Positions 42,706-53,000 of a stretch of 64,000 nucleotides of DNA are shown here, in pieces. Under the pieces are notes generated by a model. That model made no database searches and had not been told where the DNA came from. It worked only from the letters and a program-made list of their open reading frames with translations. The stretch comes from an uncultured bacterium (GTDB lineage: Bacteria; Omnitrophota; Omnitrophia; Omnitrophales; Aquincolibacteriaceae): assembly GCA_964482725.1 (NCBI GenBank), contig CAYZYT010000002.1:74437-138436 (forward strand). The letters are read 5' to 3'. Numbering within the stretch: position 1 is the stretch's first letter; each line of letters starts with the position of its first letter. Made by a program: the position numbers and the translations under genes.

Positions 42706-43017
42706 CTATTTCACAAACGAACAACAATAGTCCGCGAGTTCCCTGACCTTGAGCTTGAACTTGGACTGGGCGGGAACTTCGAAGGATTCGCCCCCCTGAA
42801 CCTTTTGCCATCCCAGAGCGCCCGGGAGCTGGATCTCCATCTTTCCGGCGAGGATCTCCATGATCTCTTTTTCCGCCGTGCCAAATTCATATTCCCCCGG
42901 CATCATCACCCCGAGAGTTTTCTTGGTCCCGTCGGGGAACAGCACCGTGCGGCTCGTGACCTTTCCGTCAAAATAGATGTTCGCCTTTTTTACCACGGTA
43001 ACATTTTTGAATTCCAT
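42706..43017 (-). CDS. DUF1255 cupin (PpnP/YaiE-like pyrimidine/purine nucleoside phosphorylase)
   Basis: [25 protein letters not shown]...[31 protein letters not shown]...WQKV matches E. coli PpnP along its length. Confidence 0.65.
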   Translation of the reverse strand: MEFKNVTVVKKANIYFDGKVTSRTVLFPDGTKKTLGVMMPGEYEFGTAEKEIMEILAGKMEIQLPGALGWQKVQGGESFEVPAQSKFKLKVRELADYCCSFVK

Positions 43018-43065
43018 CATAATTTCCCCTCTCATGGCTCGGGTGCCCATGTCATTTTGTACGCC

Positions 43066-43749
43066 TTAGGCCGTACGCTTTTCCGCGGTCAGCGCCGTAA
43101 GCATTTTAGAAATTGTTTTCGCCCATCCGGAAAAAACGGCCTGCGTGTTCGTGAATTTCTGGTACTTGCCGACCGTCAGCGTCTTCAGACTCTTCTTATC
43201 GCCGGAGCCGGACCTCACTTCGGCAAACTCCATCAGAAGCTGCCCGGTCGCGCCATCGGTGATCTTCCCTTCGACCGCTGTCTGGCCGTCTTTATCAAAA
43301 GGAAGCGGCACAGGCGACAGCACCGAGGCGGCAGTCATTCCGACATTAAACAACCGGTCCGGGGTTTCAATGTTCGTAAGCGCCAGACTGATCACCAGCG
43401 TGTGGCCCGAGGGATCGGAAGAGACCGTAAAGCCGCCAGTTTTCAGCTGAGCCTCGACATCTTCGCGGAATTCCTTGGCCAGATTTTCAAGCTCTCCAGT
43501 ATCGCAGGAGCTCGCATTGTCGAGATGGCTCAGATTGACAGGCGCCACCTTGACGGCCTTATAGCCCGAAAGAGTGGTTCCTTTCGGGACATACTCCTGT
43601 TTGAAATAGGTCCCATCTTGAAGCCCGGCATAATCCTGCAGAAACCCGGAAGGAGTCCCCACGCTCGCCGTCGAGCATCCCGACAAAGACAGGGCGAGTA
43701 ATAACAAGACCCAACAAGAAAAGCCTGCGCGCGCTTCTATTTTCATGAT
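43066..43749 (-). CDS. Hypothetical lipoprotein (signal peptide with lipobox LSGC)
   Basis: MIMKIEARAGFSCWVLLLLALSLSGCSTAS... I recognise no conserved catalytic motif. Confidence 0.55.
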   Translation of the reverse strand: MMKIEARAGFSCWVLLLLALSLSGCSTASVGTPSGFLQDYAGLQDGTYFKQEYVPKGTTLSGYKAVKVAPVNLSHLDNASSCDTGELENLAKEFREDVEAQLKTGGFTVSSDPSGHTLVISLALTNIETPDRLFNVGMTAASVLSPVPLPFDKDGQTAVEGKITDGATGQLLMEFAEVRSGSGDKKSLKTLTVGKYQKFTNTQAVFSGWAKTISKMLTALTAEKRTA

Positions 43750-43885
43750 CATCCCCTTATCAAGTTGAGATGGCAAAATACGGAACGGGCGTCATTATCT
43801 CCCGTCCGGAAAATTTGGCAAATCAAAAAATACGGCACAGCGCATACCGGAAAGGCAAAAGCGCATTTGGTAGGAGTTAAAACTC

Positions 43886-43964
43886 TGGACCAGAGACTGG
43901 AGACCAGAGACAGGGCTGGCGTTTTCGGCTTCGACTGTAGTCTCTAGGCTGTGGTCTGTGGTCC
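43886..43964. repeat. Long imperfect hairpin built from CAGAGAC/GTCTCTG-type heptamer repeats (same simple-repeat family as inside the giant ORF)
   Basis: GGACCAGAGACTGGAGACCAGAGACAG ... CTGTAGTCTCTAGGCTGTGGTCTGTGGTCC. Confidence 0.5.
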
Positions 43965-43992
43965 GCTCTTAAGATTTTTCGCAATGGGTGGG

Positions 43993-44037
43993 GAGAAAAA
44001 AAGGGACAGGCTGAATTTCCTTAAATCAGCCTGCCCC
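43993..44037 (-). terminator. Rho-independent terminator downstream of the giant ORF
   Basis: Minus strand: GGGGCAGGCTGA-tttaaggaaat-TCAGCCTGTCCC followed by TTTTTTT. Confidence 0.55.
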
Positions 44038-44090
44038 CTTTTTCCGATCTCCCTTCCGGGGTGAGATCGATCGAATTTAAAGATGATCCG

Positions 44091-47000
44091 CTACGCTGAA
44101 GCCTTCACCCTTACCTGAGCCGCTATATAGCTCGTCAGCTCGGCCATTAAGGCTTCTAATCCGCCCAATTTCTCGACAGACACAAAGTGATACCCCATGG
44201 ACCATATCGCCTCATTGAGAAGCTTATCCGCGGCAAGAAGCGCAGAAGCGGTCTGCTTGAGAGGATCCCGAGCCCCGACTACGCTCAAGAGCTGCTTGCG
44301 TGAACCGATCTTCCGGGTCACGACCGAATCCTGACGATCCGTGATAAGCGCCACGGGTTTTCCAACCGGCGCCGCAGCGTTATAAAATTCAGCAAACGCT
44401 CCGACAAACTCGTTCTCGCTTGCGAAAGCCTGCACCTTAAAATTTTGCGGCAGCACGCCTTTCAGGTTCAGGGCCGAAAGTTCTTTTTCAAAAAGAGCGA
44501 CCTCGGAAGCCTCCGCGATCAAAGCCAGCACGACGCCGTCTTTCGGGTTATAAAGCGCGAATGTTACCAGAGGCAGCACGCTCGCAGCATCCGGAACCCC
44601 TTGCCGCTGGTCAATGACCATACGCCCGGTAGAAGCGGTCGCAAAATGGCTGATGATCTCGTTAAACACAGGCCATCTTGTCGCAAAAGCCGGAGGAACC
44701 ACCGGGGCGGCCTGATAATGAACCGTTCCGGCAAAAACCAGCGGCGCGATCTCCGAAGCATACGCCGTCGAACTCGACAGTAGCGGCGAAACCGTATTCG
44801 CCGCCACCCGGATCGCCGTCCCGACCTTCGCTGTCAAACTGGTCGTATCAACTCCGGGGACCAGAGGAATGACGGGCGTCTCATAAGTACGGACTTCAGA
44901 ACGGGCGGTTATTTCGCCTTGCAATAGATCAAGCATCGCGATTTCATCCGCCACTCGCCTCGATTCCTGGTCGATTTTTCTAAGTCGCTCGTCTTGCGAC
45001 GGCATCTCATCGATCCCCAAGGCATTACCGTCCAAACCATTCAAACGGTCGTGCAACTCTGCCAAACGGCTCGCGATCTCAGTTCTTATCTCGTCTAATT
45101 GCAAACGAAGTTTGGCATCCAGCGCCTGCCCAGAAAGGAATTTACCGATAACCTGGCCTGACAACGACTCCCAACGCGATCTCAATCCGTCCGCACGCTT
45201 GGAACGTTCCTTTTCAAGGTTCTCAAGCGCTTGAAAACGGTCAGCGTAAAGTCTCCTGACTGGCGACGTAGCACTGGATCGTACACCAAAAAAACTGTCC
45301 TTGGGTAAGCCTGGCAGGAACCCTTTCAGACGAAACCATGCGGCATTGACTTCTTCCGGGATTGTAAATGCTTTCAGTTCCTCCGGCGCTATTTCCCCGA
45401 TGCGTTCGATATAAAGTACCGTTACTGGATAGGAAAGAGCACTCCCCCCTAAAATTTTTCTCACACGTTCTAGTGAGGCAAGGACTTCTTCCGTGGTCGT
45501 AAACGACTTTAGTCTCTCAGTCTCCTGAATCCGGCTGGCGTAAAGCGCCTCAACCGGTTCAGAGAGAGCGATGCCAGTTGAAACTCCTGCCACGCGGACC
45601 CATGAGGCATAAACTTTTTCGGTGGTAGTGAGTGACTTTAATTCTTTCGGCGCAATCTTTACGATGCGGTCAGCGTAAAGTTTTTCGACCGAACTAAAAA
45701 CATAGGACGCTTCCAAACCCCAATCTTCTCTAAAAATTCCGTGTACGCGGGCCCCGGAAGCAAGAATTTCTTCCAAGGTCGTGAGCTGAGGGAGAACTTT
45801 CTTGATCAATCCCGAGACATCGGTTGCCACGGTTTCCCAACCCCTCTCAACTGTCCAATGCTGCCCATCCATCGAATGCCACTTTAAACGAGCAGCCTTC
45901 ATCACTTCCTGCACTGCCTGATAAGGCTCAGACAATTCAGCGCGTATTGCCAATACCGCATCCACTTGAGCAGTACCGGGTACTCCAGCGGCAGATCGAT
46001 CCAGACGAACTTCGGAGCGGTTGCCAGGACCTATCCCCTCCCAATAGCCTCTATCTTTGTCATCATCTGAACTGCTCGGGCTGGCCTCCGCAGCTTGGCG
46101 TTCTCTTTCGAGCCGCTCAGCCGCTTCACGCGCAAGCTGTTCCTTATAACTAGTTAACGCTTCGCTTGAGCGCGGATCACCGATCTTCACTAGCGCCGCC
46201 GCAACGGCATCGCTAATGGAACGGTCTTTTAATGATTCCACCAACGCAGGGACAGCATTGACATCTTTGGTGTCACCAAGCGCTGTGACTGCAGCGCGAC
46301 GAACATCTGGATACTCATTATTAAGCTGCTTACCAAGCTCCGACAAGGCGTTGATCGCTCGAAGCGCTGAAATAGCAACCGCACGGCTCTCCTTGTCCTC
46401 GAGAGTTAAGGCCTTAACAATTTCGGGAATAGCTTTGCCAAGTTCCTCTTGAGCATTGAGATCAACAAGCGCAGCGATAGCGGCTAAACGCACATCCACT
46501 TCCGCATCATTGAATGCAGTCACAATCCCCGGAATCGATTTATGACCGCGGAGTGCGCTAACAGCCGCCAAGCGGACAACCTTGGCGGTATCATGCAAAG
46601 CAATGTTCAAAGCCGGAACGATACGCGGATCGTTGAGCTCGCCGAGAGCTCTAACAGCAACCACTCGACGGTCCGCACCGCCCTGATTATTAACGATAGG
46701 AACCCCGAGGAACGTACCATCCCACCACTTGGGCTGGAGATTCGACAGCGCCTTCTGGAATTGCTTTTCATCAGCACGCGTCTCATTAATAACAAGAGGA
46801 TAAGAAATATCCGAAGACGAACGAGAATCCCTAGCCTCTTGTTCTTCTGATGCTCTCATATATTCGGCTCTGTCATATTGGGCCCCCTCACCACCTAATA
46901 AACCGAGGAATAGACCCGAACCTGAAATCAGAGAAGGTTCTTGAGTGAACGGGACCCCTTCCCAATTCAACCCAAAATAAACCGCCACTGCAGCAACGCC

Positions 47001-50000
47001 AAGCAGCGCTACGGAAGGGAGAAAAGGATAGATTGTTCCTAGCATTAAATTTCTCTTCTGATCTCCCAGTAATTCCGCACGTACGGTGCCGGCCAAAAAG
47101 GCAGTAGACAAGAGACGAGAGACTGGAGACTGGAGGCTAGAAGCTTTGACTGGAGTCTGTAGTCTGTAGTCTGTGGTCTGAGTTCCCCTCACCTCCGCGC
47201 GCTTGGCGATGCCGGTTTTAAGAACAGAAGCTCCTACTGCCGCGGTTCCGCTGGGAGACACGACGCGAATGAGCTGGCCATAAGTAACCAGTTTCGCTAA
47301 ATTTGCATCCGAGAATTCCCTGGTAAATTCACCGTAAGACCGGTTTCCGTTCGCCGGACCCGAGTACCAGGGAGCAACGCCTTCGGACCAACCTTCCCGT
47401 CCTTCCGCATAACCTCTCGCGGCGATATAACTAAGAATGAACGAATTCATCGCCGAAGCGCTGGATCGGGCCGCAAGAAAAGAGGCTTCCTCAGCAGACG
47501 GAACCGCTGGCTCGGAAGAACCGGAACCATTGCCGTCGGACGTTACTGCCGGAGAATCCGTCGGCTGGGATTCCTCCGCATCATTATCACTGCTCCCACC
47601 CTGCTCACAACCGGCGAGACCCATCACGGCTGCGGCGCCGAAAAGCATTAAAGCGCGCCTTACGCCGCGGTTAACGGTTAACGATGAACGGTTAACGCCG
47701 AGTTTCTCGTTCCCCGTTCCCCGTTCCACGGAACTGTCTGTTGTCTGTAGTCTGTAGTCTGTAGTCTGTTTTGAACGCAGTTCGGCCCTTGACGCCCTAT
47801 GCGACGCAGCGCGCGGAGGCTCATAATTGACCGTCAGCACATTCTGGACCACGCTCTTGTTAAGAGTGATGCCGTCCTTCGCAAGGCCAAGCATCCTGGA
47901 AAAAGCTCGGAAGGGGTCCTTGTTTTTTGAAAGCTGCTTGATCGCCTTGATATTGTGATCCGCCAATCCCTGCAAAATTCTGTTATAAACACCCGCATAC
48001 TTCGTGTCCGGCTCCACGCGATCCGCCGCCACAAAAAAGTTGATAATGTTCACATCGTGCCCTGCCAGGTACAGCATATAAAGAAGCCGGACCACGCTCC
48101 GGGGATCAGTAGCCTTCAGCTTCCGAAAATTGAAGATGGCATTCCGGAAATTCACGGTTTCCATAAAATGCGTGAAGCCGTCGAGATCTCCCTGCCGCTT
48201 AATATCGTTCAATTCACTAAGGACCTGCGCCACTTCGTGAGCTTTTTTCGGATCGGTCGTCGCGAGGTGCTTGATCTTTTCTTCCGTCGCGCGAAGGAGG
48301 TTCGGATCGGAATATTCTTCCCAGGCATGTTCCACAGAGATAGCTTCTTTTCCATTCCCCATAAAGGCGTCCACGAGGCGCACCACGGGCCAATACTTTT
48401 CAATATTAACAAAATAGGAGGATTTGGAAAGTTCCTGCATGAACGCGAAATTCTTGATATGGATGTCAGTGGCAACCCGCACGTTGCGGGAAAGCACATA
48501 GGTCGCTGACTGCAACGCCGCGATCTTGAAATACCGGTACCGGTTGCTAAGACGACCATTGTCGAATACAAACGCCTGCTGGCCGTTGCTTGTCGTCCGT
48601 TCGATCTTGAGCCCCAAAGTCTTCATTTCCTTCACGATGTCCGCAAAAGGCTTTTTAGTGAGTTGAGAAATCGACCGGTAAGAACCCAGCTGTTTGCTGG
48701 AGAACATGACCTCGACGGCCTCCTTACTCAGAGGTGCCGCGCCTGAAGCCGCCGTAAAATTGATCCGGTGAATGTCTTTAAACTCGTCAGCTTTTCGGGC
48801 TTGCTCAACCGCCTGGCTCAGGAAGAAAAGCAGGCGCACAAGGGCTCCCGGCTCCAGAGACTGGAGAAAGAAGATCGCGTAATCCAGGGTCCGCGCTTCC
48901 TCAGCTTTACTGTAAAAATCCCGGAAGTTTTTGTACTCCTTAGGCGATTGATCTTCCAGTTTTTTGAGCTCGGCCTGAACCTCGTCATAGACAGCCTTAA
49001 AATAGGAGGACTGACGGTTGGAGGAAAACTTCCTCATCCGCCATTCGAAGAAGCCTTTCTCGAAATTGGCGATAAAGTTGTCGTCCGTGAGAACGTTGAT
49101 AAAAAAATGCAGTTTATCCACGGACATGGGCTCGCCTTTTTGGGTCGCGAGCACATCCAGCGAATTTAAAAAAGCAAGCGTCCGCAGATAACGGGTCTGG
49201 CCGGCATCCGGAAGACCGGCAAGCTGTTCTTTAAGAGAGGTCAGCAGGTTGTAGGTCGTCCTCTCCCCATATTCAACCGTGCCAAGCTCCACATGGAATT
49301 TGACCAGCCAGAAGACTTCTTTCGCATCTTCCGCAGGATACCCCATGGTTTCAAAAATCTGCTGTTCGCGGATCGCGGCAGCACCGATATCTTCGTGAAA
49401 GTTGGCTTTTTTGCCGATCCCGATATCGTGAAAAAGCACCGCCAGATAAAAGAGCACCCTTCGTTGGGCTTCTTTCGCTTTGTCGCCGCCGGTCCCATAC
49501 CGGATGATCTCCTGGAAAGCGTTGCGATAAAGCTCAAACTGCTCCCGGGTGAACTTGATCCCCTGTTTCTTTTTATTAAATTCATCAAACTGCCCTTTCT
49601 CGATCATTTCCAGATACCCGACCAACTCGAGCGTATGCTCCGAGACGCTGGTGTCCTCGTATTTGGTGAATACATTCTTGAGAATCCGGTTGCCGCTGAC
49701 GTCTTTCTTGGGAATCCCGCGCCCGAAGCGAGGGAACCAGGCGGCCATAGTGCCGTTATCAAAAAGACGTTCCAGGCGGTTGACGAGAGTCCCCGGCCCT
49801 TCGAAATCGAGCGCTTCCCGGAGTTTTTCCGGCACTTCCTTGCGCGCAAAATCCGGATGACTGCGATCAATATAGATCTTCTCCATCTCGCTTTCCTTCT
49901 GCTCCACAGGGTCGATCCCCTGCTCTTTTTGGGCGGAAGGCCCCTCATTTTGCTGCTCTTCCACGCTCTTCCGCTGTTTAAACATGTTATCAACGGACTC

Positions 50001-53000
50001 CCGGAGCGATGTCGGGGAACCCTCCCCGAAATGCAGGGTCGAAAAATTCCGTTGTAGGGTCACAAGGCTGTAAACAAGATCCTTCTCCTCGTCATTGAAC
50101 AGATTCGAGAACACCTTGAGGAATTGAGGGAGGATCTTCCACGAATCGGTCGCCTCATCGTTCTGAAAGAGCCGGGCATAATGCTGGAGAAACGCGGTCA
50201 ACCAGAGGATCTTCTTAAGAGGCTGCGATTTCTTATCGGTGTAGTCATTGGTCTCGACAACGCCATAGGCATCGATCAACTTCCGGACAGACTCCGTGTG
50301 CAGCTTCCCGGGCTGGATATCCATCGCCCGCCTTCCGTCGAAGAACTCCTGGATCTTCCGGCTGTCCTCTCGACGCGAGCTGTAAGCTTCCAGATGGCTC
50401 AGGATGTCGTACGTCGTTTTCAGCTGATCGTACCGGGAGGATGTCGTCACAGTCGCTTCGGGAACAAAGGCCAGCTCACTGAGGAGCGTGACATCGTTCA
50501 GCGCTCTCCAGAATCCGTCCAGATTCTCCTTCGCGCTGAGCCATTGAGCGACAAAAGTGCCCCGTTTGTCGGCCGGCAAATTCTTGTGAAAAAGATTCAC
50601 GGCATTTTCAAGTTTGAGGGTCAATTCCTTCCGCCTCGTACTATCGGAATCCATGGCATCGTCATACGCAAGCGCTTTCACAAAAGCATGCGTTGCATTC
50701 TTATAGTCACCGATGCTCAGGTAATGATCCCCCATCGCTCCAAAAAGCTCGATCAGAGCTTCCATGTCCACCACCGGCGCCTGGACTTTCCCGTAAAGAG
50801 TTCCGACATATTCCCGAAGCGCCTTGAGGGATTCTTTGGGATCCAGATGATCCTTACTGTATTTTTCGATCAATATCCTGACCGACGGATGGAAAACGGC
50901 GTTCTTCTCCATCAGAGGAAGATAGTCTTTTCTCATGGTTTCGAAGGTACCGTTCTGCCCCACCATGTAATCCAGCACGTTCATCAACACAAAAACCTGC
51001 TCCGTCAGGAAGAGCTCTTCGGACACACCCTTCCCTTTAGTCGGCCGTAAAGAAAGAAATGCCTGGAGAGCTCCCTGATAGAGCAATCCCCGGGTAAACA
51101 ACCCGGCTCCGGCAACCGCTCCATCACTGGCCAGCTTTCCGGCCCCCAACACTGATTCCGCGAGAACCATCGCTTCGCCCGCCGGATCATATCCGCCCGC
51201 AACCCACAAAGGATCGGCTTTTGCGGCAACATTGTTGGTCATATTGATATTGCGGCCAAACCGGATGGCTTTGATCTTCCCCGGCCCCTGGCCCTGGGAG
51301 AAATACATATCCCGTACGAGAAGGTTCTCCGAGCTGATCCGGGAGAAAGCAGTTTGAAAGATCTTTGTTTTTTGTTCTTTTTCTTCAATGCTTCCGGAAA
51401 ATCTAGCCCCCTCAAGATCCGCGACCGTCTTCGCCGAACGGATCTCGCCTAAAAGCTCCGTATGAAAATCCGGCGTCTTGCCGGGCAACAGGACACCATT
51501 CAAAACCCACGGCAAGCTCACAAGGTTGCCGAAAGTATCCGCCCCGGCCTTCTTCTCCTCCGCGCGAACCTCCGCACGCTTGGCGATGCCTGTTTTAAGG
51601 ACAGAAGCTCCTACCGCTGCGGTTCCGCTGGGAGACACGACGCGAATGAGCTGGCCATAAGTAACCAGTTTCGCTAAATTTGCATCCGAGAATTCCCTGG
51701 TAAATTCACCGTAAGACCGGTTTCCGTTCGCCGGACCCGAGTACCAGGGAGCAACGCCTTCGGACCAACCTTCCCGTCCTTCCGCATAACCTCTCGCGGC
51801 GATATAACTAAGAATGAACGAATTCATCGCCGAAGCGCTGGATCGGGCCGCAAGAAAAGAGGCTTCCTCAGCAGACGGAACCGCTGGCTCGGAAGAACCG
51901 GAACCATTGCCGTCGGACGTTACTGCCGGAGAATCCGTCGGCTGGGATTCCTCCGCATCATTATCACTGCTCCCACCCTGCTCACAACCGGCGAGACCCA
52001 TCACGGCTGCGGCGCCGAAAAGCATTAAAGCGCGCCTTACGCCGCGGTTAACGGTTAACGATGAACGGTTAACGCCGAGTTTCTCGTTCCCCGTTCCCCG
52101 TTCCACGGAACTGTCTGTTGTCTGTAGTCTGTAGTCTGTAGTCTGAGTTCCCTGCACTTCGGAACGTTTTGCGATGCTTGTTTGCAGAAGCTCTTGCTTG
52201 AATGATTTCCACCAGGCGCCTTGGAAATCGTTGTCGATGGACTGAAGCTTTTTGATGGATTCGACCGCGATCCCATACCGGTCGTCAGACGTATTGAGCG
52301 TATCGCCGAACGAGACAAACAAACGGGCGAGGTCCCAAAGAAAGGCTCCCGGGCCCAGAAGAGAGGGAATTGCATCAAGCTCTTCTGCCGTGAGTTTTTG
52401 AGCGATCTCCTGCTGGTATCCGCTCAGAAGGGCTTTGAGATTCTCCCGGTCATAAGCTCTTACCCTCAACCGGCTGAATCCTGCCGCCGAGGAAAAAACA
52501 TTTTTAAAATCTTCGATGCGGGCCTGCCCCTCACGGCTGCGTTCCCAATCCAGCAACGCTTTGACATCGCTACCGCTCTCATTCCACAGGACATTCCCCA
52601 TCTTGACATCCCCGTGAACGGCCACGGAGGGCAAGCTGTGATATTGCTCTAAAGACAATTTTGTTTTCAGGACTTCGATCTCGGCCAGAATAAAATCGGC
52701 ATGCTCGCGGAACAGTTTTTCGCCCCTCGAATTTCGCCCGGGGTTCTGCTCCAAGGTGTTTTTCAGCGCCCGGAGATCCCCTTCCGCCGTCGTGATATCG
52801 ATCGCCAAGCGCTCGTGTTTTTCGCCCTCCGGGGTGAATCCCGAAAGCGCATTGTGCAGCTGCGCTATGACTTTCCCGAGCTGCTCAAAATGACGGGGCT
52901 GAGCATCCTCATAGGCGATCGTTCTTCCCCCTGGGATGAACTGCTCCACGTAGTAATACAGACCTCCGGCCTCCACAAGGTATTCACCCTTCCGGTTTTT

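Noticed and set aside
47437-52134. Identical 106-aa plus-strand ORFs at 47437-47757 and 51814-52134
   Set aside because: They are antisense shadows of the 578-bp duplication inside the giant ORF, not genes. They were useful only as a marker of the duplication.
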